DNA of 64,000 bases, taken from the NCBI GenBank assembly GCA_025966135.1, contig JAOPVP010000038.1, positions 309-64,308 on the forward strand. The letters are read 5' to 3'. This DNA is from Frankiales bacterium (GTDB lineage: Bacteria; Actinomycetota; Actinomycetes; Mycobacteriales; SCTD01). Made by a program: the position numbers and the translations under genes. The stretch's first letter is position 1; each line of letters opens with the position of its first letter. Below are positions 18,661-28,758 of this stretch, piece after piece. The notes below the pieces were generated by a model. It did no database searches and was not told the DNA's origin. It worked only from the letters and a program-made list of their open reading frames with translations.

Positions 18661-19884
18661 GTGACCGCCGCTGAACAGCCCGTAACAAGCGGGGCGCCCG
18701 CCCGCAGTCTCAACGTTCTGACCTTCGTGCTGGCCACAGCCTGCGGGCTCTCCGTCGCGAACCTGTACTACGCGCAGCCACTGCTCGACCTGATCGCGCG
18801 CTCGTTCCACACCAGCCAGAGCAACGCAGCTGTCGTGGTCACCGCCACCCAGCTCGGCTACGCCCTTGGACTCGTCGTGCTGCTCCCCCTCGGCGATCTC
18901 CTCGACAACCGCAAGCTCACGTCGCGCACCCTGCTCGTCACGGCACTGGCGCTCGCCCTCGCCGCCGTGGCACCGAGCCTGGGGCTGTTCGTCGTCCTGT
19001 CCGTCCTGATCGGCACCGCCTCGGTCGTGGCGCAGATCCTGATTCCCTTTGCCGCCCACCTGGCACCCGACGCCGAGCGGGGACGCCTTGTCGGGCGGGT
19101 CATGAGCGGCCTGCTGTTGGGCATCATGCTCGCCCGCACCGTGTCCAGCCTCCTCGCCGCAGCCTGGGGTTGGCGATCGATCTACGTCGTGTCGGCCGCG
19201 TTGATGCTGCTCCTGTCGTTCGTCCTGAGCCGCATGCTTCCGCCCCGGCGCCCCGACCACACCGCCAGCTACCGGCAGCTGATGAGCTCGCTCGTGCACC
19301 TTGTGCGTTCCGAACCCGCGCTGCGCCGCCGTGCCGCGGGCCAAGCCCTGATGTTCGGGACCTTCTCCGCGTTCTGGACTTCGATCGCGTTCGAGTTGAT
19401 CGCCCAACACGGGCTCTCCCAGACAGGCATTGCGATCTTCGCCCTCATCGGTGCCGCAGGCGCTGCCGCTGCCCCTGTCGCTGGACGGCTCGGCGACGCC
19501 GGTCATGGCCGCATCGGCAGCGGGTTGGCCTTCCTCCTGGCCGCGGCCGCGATGCTGCTCGCCGACCTCGCAGCCCGCAACCTGGTCCTGCTGGCCGTAG
19601 CCGGCGTGCTGCTCGATCTCGCCGTCCAGGTTCACATCGTGCTGAGCCAGCAGGAGATCTACCAGCTTCGCCCCGATGCCCGAGCACGCGTCAACACCGT
19701 GTTCATGGGCACCGTGTTCCTCGGCGGCGCGGCCGCATCAGCCGTGTCGGGCCTGTTGTACGACAATGACAAGTGGGCCGGCCCCACCCTTTTCGGAGCC
19801 TGTCTGGCCGTCGCCGGATTCTTCCTCTGGCTCGGCTCGACCCTGCAGGCACGGGTCGGCACCCACGTCCCGGCCGCGGCCTAG
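18661..19884 (+). CDS. MFS transporter
   Basis: ANLYYAQPLL, PLGD, ERGRLVGRVMSGLLLG, RARVNTVFM; GTG 18661 after AGGAG. Confidence 0.92.
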   Translation: MTAAEQPVTSGAPARSLNVLTFVLATACGLSVANLYYAQPLLDLIARSFHTSQSNAAVVVTATQLGYALGLVVLLPLGDLLDNRKLTSRTLLVTALALALAAVAPSLGLFVVLSVLIGTASVVAQILIPFAAHLAPDAERGRLVGRVMSGLLLGIMLARTVSSLLAAAWGWRSIYVVSAALMLLLSFVLSRMLPPRRPDHTASYRQLMSSLVHLVRSEPALRRRAAGQALMFGTFSAFWTSIAFELIAQHGLSQTGIAIFALIGAAGAAAAPVAGRLGDAGHGRIGSGLAFLLAAAAMLLADLAARNLVLLAVAGVLLDLAVQVHIVLSQQEIYQLRPDARARVNTVFMGTVFLGGAAASAVSGLLYDNDKWAGPTLFGACLAVAGFFLWLGSTLQARVGTHVPAAA

Positions 19885-20631
19885 ATGGGACCTGGACAAG
19901 CCGCCCTGCTCGCGGGGGCGGGGCTCATCGCCGGGACGGTGAACACCATCGCGGGAGCGGGGTCTCTGCTCACATTTCCGGCACTGCTCGGCGCGGGCCT
20001 CGCACCGCTGGCTGCCAACGTCACCAACTGCCTCGGTGTCATCCCCGGCAGCGTCAGCGGCGCGTACGGGCTCCGTGCCGAGCTTCGCGGCCAACGCCAA
20101 GCGCTGGTGCGATGGTCCGTCTGGGTGGGCGCGGGCTCGCTCGCCGGGGCGGTGCTCCTTCTGACGCTGCCAGGCGGGGCTTTCAACCGCATCGTTCCGG
20201 TGCTCGTCGGGCTGGCGGGCCTGCTGGTGCTCGCGCAGCCCCTCATCGTGCGACGTATCCGCGATCGAGCGGCAACCTCTGCGGCGACGAGTCCGGTGGT
20301 GGGTGCCATCGGTGTCTACTCCGGGTACTTCGGCGCAGCACAGGGTGTCTTGCTCGTCGGCGCACTGGGTGTGCTTGCACCTCAGCCACTCCGCAAGGTC
20401 AACGCCATCAAGAACATCTTGGCTGTGATCGGAAACGGCGTGGCGGGCCTGGTCTACGCGCTGCTGGCGCCGGTGAACTGGACCGCAGTCCTGCTTCTCG
20501 CCGTAGGCAGCGCCTGCGGCGGGCCGATTGGCGCGGCGCTCGCCAAGCGGGTGCCTGCGGGCCCCCTGCGCGTGGGGATCGCTGCTGCCGCGCTCATCGT
20601 CGCCGTACGACTTGGTCTGTCTGCCTACTGA
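19885..20631 (+). CDS. Sulfite exporter TauE/SafE family protein
   Basis: AGTVNTIAGAGSLLTFP, ANVTN, GVYSGYFGAAQG, NAIKN. Confidence 0.88.
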   Translation: MGPGQAALLAGAGLIAGTVNTIAGAGSLLTFPALLGAGLAPLAANVTNCLGVIPGSVSGAYGLRAELRGQRQALVRWSVWVGAGSLAGAVLLLTLPGGAFNRIVPVLVGLAGLLVLAQPLIVRRIRDRAATSAATSPVVGAIGVYSGYFGAAQGVLLVGALGVLAPQPLRKVNAIKNILAVIGNGVAGLVYALLAPVNWTAVLLLAVGSACGGPIGAALAKRVPAGPLRVGIAAAALIVAVRLGLSAY

Positions 20632-20731
20632 CGACCCACGTGGGACAGTCCGGAGCAGGAGCTGATGTTCTCTGGTGGAGCCTCGTCCCCGGCGCTACCC
20701 GCGAGCCAGTTCGAGCAGCACGAGTTCGAGC

Positions 20732-20990
20732 TCAGCAGAGGTCCGGGAGGTCCCGCACCGGGATCAGTCCGCTGATACCTGAGCCCATCCCGACGGGTAC
20801 GTGGACGGTGCCAAGCCCACCGACTTCGTCGAACAGCTCCCGGGCGTAGGTCGCCACACCCAGGACAAGATCGGGGATGAGAGGGCGGGACGGCCTCGAG
20901 GTCGCGTTCGAGGGCCAGTTCCACCGAGCACTCCCGCGCTGCCTCGAAGTCGTGACCGCGTTCGATCAGCTCCGCCCCGATGCCGCGCAA
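20732..20990 (-). pseudogene. Internal fragment of a PLP-dependent threonine dehydratase-family gene
   Basis: LRGIGAELIERGHDFEAARE...VPPSHP, then a one-base frameshift, then DLVLGVATYARELFDEVGGLGTVHVPVGMGSGISGLI and a premature TGA. Confidence 0.7.
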
Positions 20991-20991
20991 C

Positions 20992-22254
20992 TCAGCGGCA
21001 GGTGGTGGGCGTCTGCGTCGTACGTCGCTTGGCGGCGAGAAGGCGACGGACCGCATCTCCCACGCGCTGACGGACGGCGGTCGACGAGTGAACGGCGGCG
21101 AGGACGGTCTGGTAGGCGCTGGGCAGATCCGGGCTCATGAGCAGCATGTCGTCACCAGCAGCCAGGGCGCGAAGTGCCACCTGCCCGGGGCTCCCAGCGG
21201 CACGCATGGGCAGCATCCACAAGGAGTCGGTGACGACAAGACCGTGGAAGCCGCCCTGGTCGCGCAAAAGGGAGTTCACGAGAACGGGTGACAGCGACGC
21301 CGGCACTCCGCTCGGGTCGATCGCCGGAAAGGCGAGGTGGCCGACCATCACAGCTCCGACCTGAGGCAGCGCGGCAGCAAACGCCGCCCGATCGGACGCA
21401 CTCCACGCCTGCCGGGTCTCCCGGATGACGGCGAGCGCAAGGTGGCTGTCCGTGGAGGTCGAGCCGTGCCCGGGCCAGTGTTTGACGGTGGCGAGCACAC
21501 CTGCCGACTGCAGCCCCTGCACGGCCGCCAGCACGTCCTGGGCGTCGGCGACGGCGTCGGGTCCGAAACTGCGGTCGCCGATGATGCCGGAGCTGCTGGT
21601 GGTGACGTCGGCGACCGGGGCGAGGTCCTGGTTGACGCCAACGGCCCTCAGCTGCGCGCCCAGTTGGGCGTAGGAGCAACGCATCGCCGCTGGGGTCATC
21701 CCGGCCGACTGCCGTTCGGCAGCGCGGCTGGGCAGAAAGTGCAGCCGCTGGACTCGTCCGCCTTCCTGGTCGGTCGAGATCAGCAGCGGCACACCACTGT
21801 CACCCAGAGCGGTGTGCTGCAGGCCTTTCGTCAGCCGGAGCAGCTGCGCGGCGCTGTCCACGTTGCCCGTGGAGAGGCTGGCGCGAGCGGGGTCGAGGTT
21901 GTTGTGGTCGAGCAGGATGACGCCACCGAGGTGCCAGGCACGCACGACCTCGGCCGGGGTCTGGACGCCGTACAGGGCCTTGTTGGCGCGTCGTTGTGCG
22001 GCCGTCGCGGTGTAGGCATCGCTCCCGTAGACGTAGGTGGTGAACAGCTGCCCGACCATCAGCTCATCGCTCAGCCCGGCAGGGTTGCGAGCCGAAGTGA
22101 CTGGTGACGGTGTGGCGGTCGGCCGGAGGACGGCTTCCTGTGGAGGACGCGTCGGGGACGGTGCCGAGCAGGCCGCCACCGACAGCACCAGCGCCACGAC
22201 GTACCGGAGGGATGGCGCGGAGCGGAGCACGCTGCGAGTAACACGCGCCGGCAC
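20992..22254 (-). CDS. Glycoside hydrolase family 3, beta-N-acetylhexosaminidase (NagZ-like) lipoprotein
   Basis: DQEGGRV, KHWPGHGSTSTDSH, VTDSL; LSVAAC lipobox. Start uncertain. Confidence 0.88.
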   Translation of the reverse strand: MPARVTRSVLRSAPSLRYVVALVLSVAACSAPSPTRPPQEAVLRPTATPSPVTSARNPAGLSDELMVGQLFTTYVYGSDAYTATAAQRRANKALYGVQTPAEVVRAWHLGGVILLDHNNLDPARASLSTGNVDSAAQLLRLTKGLQHTALGDSGVPLLISTDQEGGRVQRLHFLPSRAAERQSAGMTPAAMRCSYAQLGAQLRAVGVNQDLAPVADVTTSSSGIIGDRSFGPDAVADAQDVLAAVQGLQSAGVLATVKHWPGHGSTSTDSHLALAVIRETRQAWSASDRAAFAAALPQVGAVMVGHLAFPAIDPSGVPASLSPVLVNSLLRDQGGFHGLVVTDSLWMLPMRAAGSPGQVALRALAAGDDMLLMSPDLPSAYQTVLAAVHSSTAVRQRVGDAVRRLLAAKRRTTQTPTTCR

Positions 22255-22283
22255 GCCGTCGTCAAGCCTTCTCGCCTTGCCCA

Positions 22284-23192
22284 TCAGCCGAGCCGGACCC
22301 CCCATTGGAGCGTCAGGCTCTGCTGCGGATCGAGCACCATGAGGTCCTGCCCGGTCTGCAGCGCGTTGGGTGGTGCCGTCATCGGTTCGACGGCAAGACC
22401 GCGGCGGCGACGTTCGGGGGTCAGCGTGTCCCCGGTGAAGATCTCCAGGTACGGGTAGCCGACCCCAGCCCACAGCTCGACGGTGCTGCCGTCAGCCCGT
22501 TGCAGGCGTACGACAGCGTGCCCTTTGCTGTCGCGGTGCAGATCGCCGTACGCCTCATCCAGCTGCAGTCCGCCGATGAGGCGCGCCTCACGGAAGTCAT
22601 GCTCGGTGCCTTCGACCTGGCGACGGCTGACGGGGATCCCGCGCTCGTCGGTGGGCAGGAAGGTGTCGGCGGGGACCTGCAGCGTGCAGGTGTCGAGCAG
22701 CCCGGCACCGGCGGACAGGTAGGGGTGGGCGCCGGCCGCGGCTGGGCAGGGCTCAGATCCCACATTGGTCAGCGTTGTCCGCACGCTCAGCCCGTCGCCG
22801 GAGAGGGTGTACTCCAGGTCGCAGCGCAACAGGAACGGCCAGCCGGGCTGGGTGGGCAGCCGGTGGCGGAGGTGGACGCCGCTGGCGGTGAGCTCGAGCA
22901 GCTCCCAGTTCGCCCAGCGCGTGAGGCCGTGGATGGCGTTGTGCCGGTCAGGCTCAGTCAGCGGCAGCTGGTGGTTGGTTCCCTGCCAGCTGTAACGGCC
23001 GTCCGCGACGCGGTTCGGCCAGGGCAGCAGGGCCTGGCCGCGGGCCCCGTCGCACATGGCCGTGACCTCGAAACCGTCGAGCACGTCGACCTCACCGACA
23101 CGGTAGCTACGCAGTCCGCCCCCGACCTCGGTCACGATGGCCTCGTGAGCGTGGTGCGTGAGGACGAACTGCCGCCCTGATGGGTGCTCCAC
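22284..23192 (-). CDS. Aldose 1-epimerase family protein
   Basis: LLPWPNRVADGRY, NAIHGL, GAHPYL, LAVEPMT. Confidence 0.92.
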   Translation of the reverse strand: MEHPSGRQFVLTHHAHEAIVTEVGGGLRSYRVGEVDVLDGFEVTAMCDGARGQALLPWPNRVADGRYSWQGTNHQLPLTEPDRHNAIHGLTRWANWELLELTASGVHLRHRLPTQPGWPFLLRCDLEYTLSGDGLSVRTTLTNVGSEPCPAAAGAHPYLSAGAGLLDTCTLQVPADTFLPTDERGIPVSRRQVEGTEHDFREARLIGGLQLDEAYGDLHRDSKGHAVVRLQRADGSTVELWAGVGYPYLEIFTGDTLTPERRRRGLAVEPMTAPPNALQTGQDLMVLDPQQSLTLQWGVRLG

Positions 23193-23273
23193 GCCTGTTC
23201 CCTTCGGACGGGGGCCGCGCTGCCGACTCCCTGGCGTACCCGTGGTCGTGCCGCACCTTCTCAGAGTGCCGCA

Positions 23274-24305
23274 CTACCCGGCGGCGGAGCCGGAACCGGC
23301 GTCCCGTTGTGCCATCCGGGCCCGCTGCGGTTCGATGACATAGCGAGGGTCCTTGGTGGAGGCCACTCCGGCCTCGAACACCCCGAACCGCTGCAGCGCG
23401 CCGCCAGCCAGCAACGCTGCCCCTGAGGCGACCGCCACTGTCCTGCTGCGGCCCGCGCCCAGGAGGGTGCCGGCCAGTCCACCGGCCGTGAGCAGCTCAG
23501 AGGCGTGGCGCAGTTGGTGTGCCTTACCCGTCCGGTACGCCTGCGCGACCAGGTCGAGTCGCTCCTCGAGCACCCGGGAGGCCACCAGCTCCTGGATGGC
23601 GCCGTAGACGGCGAGACCCCTGGCCGGACCGGCCTCGCCCCGGGGCGCCAGCACCATGGCGAGGCCACCGGCAGTGGCGGCGGCGGAGCCGGTGAACAGG
23701 AACGGCAGCTCGCGACGCGCCTCGTGCCAGGCTGGCGCGGCGGTCTGCGACAGCAGCACGGCCGGGTAGGAGGCGACGGCAGGAGCGAGAGCGGCAGCGG
23801 CCAGCCCGGCCGGTCGCGCAGCTCGACGAACCAGGCGCCCTGGCAACGTGGTCCGCCACCGCGTCGGCACGAGCTCGCGCATCGCCGCGATGCCGACGCC
23901 TGGGGCGTACGCGGTCAGCACCCAGGTGCCCACACTCATCGGCGAGGTCGGCTTGGCTACCCGCAGCATGTGGTGGAACCGCTCCGGACGCCCGAGGTCC
24001 GAGACCAGGAAGTAGGTGCTGGCAAGCAAGCTGGCCAGCGCGGACAACCAGCCCGCCCGGCGCAGCGCCGGCCGCCCGGTGAGCTCCGCACCGGCGCCGA
24101 GCACGGCGGAGCCGGCGGACAGACCGCCGGTGAACAGGTACGCCGCGATCTTCCACTCCCACACCGGCGGCTTGAGGACCGGACGTCCGTAGTAGGAACG
24201 AAACTCCGCCGGCGGGACCATCAGCTCCTCGCCGCGGCCCCGCCGGCTCCTTGCGAACGTGCGGGTGCCTGTCTCGAGTGCGCGGCCGTCACCGCCCTGC
24301 GTCAT
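23274..24305 (-). CDS. NrfD/PsrC family membrane anchor of formate dehydrogenase
   Basis: SYYGRPVLKPPVW, YLFTGG, DLGRPERF, SPMSVGTW. Confidence 0.9.
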   Translation of the reverse strand: MTQGGDGRALETGTRTFARSRRGRGEELMVPPAEFRSYYGRPVLKPPVWEWKIAAYLFTGGLSAGSAVLGAGAELTGRPALRRAGWLSALASLLASTYFLVSDLGRPERFHHMLRVAKPTSPMSVGTWVLTAYAPGVGIAAMRELVPTRWRTTLPGRLVRRAARPAGLAAAALAPAVASYPAVLLSQTAAPAWHEARRELPFLFTGSAAATAGGLAMVLAPRGEAGPARGLAVYGAIQELVASRVLEERLDLVAQAYRTGKAHQLRHASELLTAGGLAGTLLGAGRSRTVAVASGAALLAGGALQRFGVFEAGVASTKDPRYVIEPQRARMAQRDAGSGSAAG

Positions 24306-25336
24306 CGTCGGCCGGCCGCGACGAAGACTGCCACCGCCGCAGTGACGAACGCGGCGCACGCAGCGCCGGCGTGCCGCCACATGTCCACCAGGTCTCGGCT
24401 TGCGACGATCGGGTCGGGCGGCAGGCCGTACACCTCGGGCTCATCGAGGAGCAGGAAGAAGGCGGCCGAGCCGCCGATGCCGTCGTCGGGGTCCTCGCCG
24501 TAGAGCCGGGCCTCGGGAACGCCCCGCTCGTGAAGTTGCTCGACCCGCGCCGCCGCCCGCTCCCGCAACTCGTCCAGAGGGCCGAACTGGATCGATTCGG
24601 TAGGGCAGGCCTTCGCACACGCCGGCTCGAGCCCGTCCTGGAGCCGGTCGTAGCAGAGCGTGCACTTGTTCGCGCGGCCGTCCTGCGGCCGGCGATCGAT
24701 GACGCCGAACGGGCAGCCGGAGACGCAGTAGCCGCAGCCGTTGCAGATGTCCTGCTGCACCACGACGGTCCCGAACTCGGTCCGGAACAGCGCCCCGGTG
24801 GGGCACACGTCGAGGCATGCCGCGTGGGTGCAGTGCTTGCAGACATCGCTCATCATCAGCCAGCTAAAGTCGGTGCGGCTCTCGGCACCGGTGGCGGCCC
24901 CAGGCAGCGACAGGGAGGGCATCCCGAGGTCAACCGTCGTGGTCCCGAGCTCACCGCCACCACGCTCGGTGTCGCGCAGACCGGCAGCCACGGTGGCCTC
25001 CATGTGCGCGACGCCCGAGGCGCCTGTCGGCATCCCCTCCACGCCGGAGACCTGCCCCCCAAGGGGCGCCTCCCGCTCGATGAAGGCCACGTGCCGCCAG
25101 GTGTTGGCTCCGAGCATCCCGCTGTTGTCCAGCGACATCCCGAGCAGGTTCATCCCGTCGTCCGGGACCAGGTTCCACTCCTTGCACGCCACCTCGCAGG
25201 CCTTGCACCCGATGCACACCGAGGTGTCGGTGAAGAAGCCGACCCGCGGCGGGTGCTCGACGTGACCTGCGTCGGCCGCAGGGTCATCGAGCCGGCCGTA
25301 CAGCCGGTGCCGCCCCGGCTCGTGGTCGGTGCTCAT
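24302..25336 (-). CDS. Formate dehydrogenase iron-sulfur (beta) subunit
   Basis: CIGCKACEVAC, CKHC..ACLDVCP, CNGCGYCVSGCP, CTLC...PACAKACP; C-terminal hydrophobic tail. Confidence 0.93.
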   Translation of the reverse strand: MSTDHEPGRHRLYGRLDDPAADAGHVEHPPRVGFFTDTSVCIGCKACEVACKEWNLVPDDGMNLLGMSLDNSGMLGANTWRHVAFIEREAPLGGQVSGVEGMPTGASGVAHMEATVAAGLRDTERGGGELGTTTVDLGMPSLSLPGAATGAESRTDFSWLMMSDVCKHCTHAACLDVCPTGALFRTEFGTVVVQQDICNGCGYCVSGCPFGVIDRRPQDGRANKCTLCYDRLQDGLEPACAKACPTESIQFGPLDELRERAAARVEQLHERGVPEARLYGEDPDDGIGGSAAFFLLLDEPEVYGLPPDPIVASRDLVDMWRHAGAACAAFVTAAVAVFVAAGRR

Positions 25337-28300
25337 GTCGCTGCCGCCTCTCCGTGCTCCGGGTCCTCCGCAGCCGCCCGGCGGCGGTACGCGGCGACGT
25401 ACTCGAGTAGTTCCGGCCCGCGCGGCCGGCGGCCGGGGCGCACGTCGCAACTCGCGACCTTGCTCTCCTGGATGAGCACGTTCGGCTCGGCGGTGATGCC
25501 GAACAGGTCGTTGACGACGTCGCCTACGACCAGGCCGACGTTCCCCCAGTGGTAAGGCATCCACACCTGGTGCACCACGCGGCCGGCGACCCGCAGGGGC
25601 ACCAGGCGGTCGGTCACGAGCACCCGGGCCTCCACCGCTGTACGGCTGGTGATGACATGCGCCCAACCCAGGTGCTCGAGGCCGCGCTCACGTGCCAGCT
25701 CCGGTGAGACCTCGACGGTGAGCGCCGGCTGGAGCTCTGCGAGGTACGGCAGGTGTCGGCTCATGCCGCCGGCGGTGTGGTGCTCGGTGAGCCGGGCCGT
25801 CGTCAGGATGTAGGGAAAGACCCGCGACTGCACTGGGTTCAGCGGATTGTCCGGCCGCGCGTAGTCCTTGCGGGTCGGCGAGGCCTGCTGCCCGTACAGG
25901 AGGTTGCGCACCGGCGACTCGCGCGGCTCGTAGTGCGTCGGGAGCGGCCCGTCCACCAGTCCGCTCGGGGCGAACAGCCAGCCCTTGCCGTCGGCCTGCA
26001 TCACGAACGGGTCGTCGCCACGGAGCGCTGCGGGACCGACGGCATCCCCGGGCGGCACGTAGTCCGGCGGCTTGCTCCTTTCGAAGTCAGGAACGTCCTC
26101 GCCGACCCACTCGGCGCGGGAGGCGTCCCACCACACGCAAGCCTTGCGCTCGCTCCACGGCCGACCCTCCGGGTCCGCCGATGCGCGGTTGTAGAGGATG
26201 CGCCGGTTGTACGGCCAGACCCAGCCCCACTCGTGCGCGTAGAGGTCCTGGTCCAACCGCGAGGTGCGGCGTGCCGCGTGGTTCAGCCCACCCGCGAAGA
26301 CCCCGCTGTAGATCCAGCATCCGCAGGAGGTCGACCCGTCGGCCTTCAGCTCGAGGTAGCCGTCCACCAGCCGCCCGGTCGTCAGGTCGTGGCCGCTCAC
26401 CCGGCGCAGCACGTCCTCGGCGGACGGCTCGCCGCCGGGCGCGTCGTAGTCCCACGCGAGGTCCAGCAGCGGGCGGTCCCGCTCGTCCGTCGACGCGGCG
26501 AGCCGCTCCCGCAGCCGGCGGCCGAGGTGGTACATGAACCACAGGTCCGACCGCTGGTCGCCCTTCGGCTCGACCGCCCGCTCGCGCCACTGCAGCATCC
26601 GCTGGGTGTTGGTGAAGGTCCCCTCCTTCTCCACGTGCGAGGCAGCCGGGAAGAAGAAGACCTCTGTGCGGCAGTTCTCGGGGGTGATCTCTCCGGTCTC
26701 GATCTCCGGCCCGTCCTTCCAGAAGCTGGCGCTCTCGATCATCACGAGGTCGCGCACGACCAACCAGTCCAGGTTGGCCAGGCCGAGGCGCTGCACCCGT
26801 CCGTTCACCGACCCGACAGCCGGGTTCTGACCAAGCAGGAAGTAGCCGAAGACCTTGCCATCGACCATGTCCATCGCGGTGCGGTACGTGCCGTGGTCGC
26901 CGTCGATCCGCGGGAGGTAGTCGAAGCAGTAGTCGTTGTCGGCCGTCGCGGCGTCGCCCCAGTACTCCTTCAGCAGCGAGACCAGGTAGGCGTCTGCGTT
27001 GCGCCAGAACCCCTTCTGCTTGTCGGCACGCACGCTCTCGACGTACGACGTCAGGTCGGTGTGCGTCCGGGCCGACGGCATCGGCAGGTAGCCGGGCAGC
27101 AGGTTGTACAGGGTGGGGATGTCCGTCGAGCCCTGGATGCTGGCGTGGCCGCGCATCGCCATGATGCCACCGCCGGGCCGACCGATCTGCCCCAGCAGCA
27201 GCTGCAGGATCGACGCCGCCCGGATGTTCTGGGCACCAGTGGTGTGCTGCGTCCAGCCGACGGCGTAGACGACTGCGCTGGTGCGCTCCCGCCCGGAGTT
27301 GCGGGTCCACGCCTCGCACACTCGCGCGAACTGTGCCCGGGGGACGCCGCACACCTGCTCCACCATCTCCGGCGTGTAGCGCGCGAAATGCCGCTTGAGC
27401 ACCTGGTACACGCACCGTGGGTCCTGCAGAGTGGGGTCGGCGGCGATGTCACCGGTCACCCCCTCCAGCCGCGGGCCGCCCGACCCGAGCTGGTGGCCGA
27501 TGCCGGTCTCCTTGGCCTCCCCCGCATCGAACCCGCCGAGGTGCTGGGCCGGGTCGGCACTGCGGTACCGCCAGCTCCTCGGGTCGTAGCTCGCCGACTC
27601 GGGCTCGTAGCCGCTGAACAGCCCGTCGAGGTCTTCGGTGTCCTGGTACTCGTCGGTGAGCAGGAAGGACGCGTTCGTGTAAGCCACGACGTACTCGCGG
27701 AAGTCGAGCTCGTTGTCGAGGACGTGCTTGATGACGCCGCCCAGGAAGGCGATGTCGCTGCCTGCCCGGATCGCCACGTGAACGTCCGCCAGCGCACTGG
27801 TGCGGGTGAACCGCGGATCGATGTGGATGACCGTGGCCCCACGGGCCTTCGCCTCCAGCACCCACTGAAAGCCCACCGGGTGCGCCTCGGCCATGTTCGA
27901 ACCCATGATCACGATGCAGTCCGAGTTGGCGAGGTCCTGCTGGAAGTCAGTCGCCCCGCCGCGACCGAACGAAGCCCCCAGACCGGGGACGGTGGCGCTG
28001 TGTCATATCCGGGCCTGGTTCTCGATCTGCACGGCGCCGAGCGCGGTGAAGAGCTTCTTGATGAGGTAGTTCTCCTCGTTGTCCAGCGTGGCCCCGCCAA
28101 GGCTCGCGATCCCCATCGTCCGGCGCAGCCGGTGACCGTGGTCGTCGTGCTCCTGCCAGCCCTTGGCCCGTGCGTCGAGGACCCGGTCGGTGACCATGTC
28201 CATCGCGGCGTCGAGGTCGAGCCGCGTCCAGCTGGTCGCGTACGGCGCGCGGTACAGCACGTGCTGCTCGCGCTGAGGCCCGGTCACGAGCTGCTTGCTC

Positions 28301-28572
28301 GCGGACCCCTTCGGGCAGAGCCGGCCGCGGGAGATCGGGCTGTCCGGGTCGCCCTCGATCTGCACGACCTGGTCGTCCTTGACGTACACGTTCTGCCCGC
28401 AGCCCACCGCGCAGTACGGGCACACCGAGCGGGCAACCCGGTCGGCGGTCGCAGTGCGAGCCACCAACTGCTCGGTGCCCTTGGACTCGGCGGACTTGCC
28501 ACGGCCGAGGGGGTCGGTGCCCGTGAGCTGGCGGTACACCGGCCAGGCATCCAACCAGGTCCACCTGCTCAT
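25333..28572 (-). CDS. Formate dehydrogenase alpha subunit, selenocysteine-containing (UGA at 28003-28005), about 1079 aa
   Basis: ORFs 28003..28593 and 25333..27912 share a frame across one TGA: IENQARI-U-HSATVPGLGASFGRGG; CPYCAVGC...LCPKG Fe-S motif; MRGHASIQG. Confidence 0.93.
27974..27990 (-). promoter_or_regulatory. Bacterial SECIS-like hairpin
   Basis: GUCCCC-GGUCU-GGGGGC begins 12 nt 3' of the in-frame UGA. Confidence 0.75.
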
Positions 28573-28758
28573 GGCGCTCCCCTTCCGAGGCATGACGCAG
28601 CCGGGTCATGCGGCGCTCCACCGGGGTATAGCCACGGGTCTGTGGCCCAAACGCAGCCGCGCTACCGAATGACAGAGCTGCGCGAGCCGTACGGCGACGA
28701 CCTCACCTCCGGGACGCCCTCCGTCAGGCGACCCGTCCTGGCGGGCGCTTCGTGCCGG

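Noticed and set aside
27912-28593. Formate dehydrogenase read as a nonsense-mutated pseudogene or two genes
   Set aside because: The stop is a TGA exactly at the Mo/W-ligand position and is followed by a SECIS-like hairpin.
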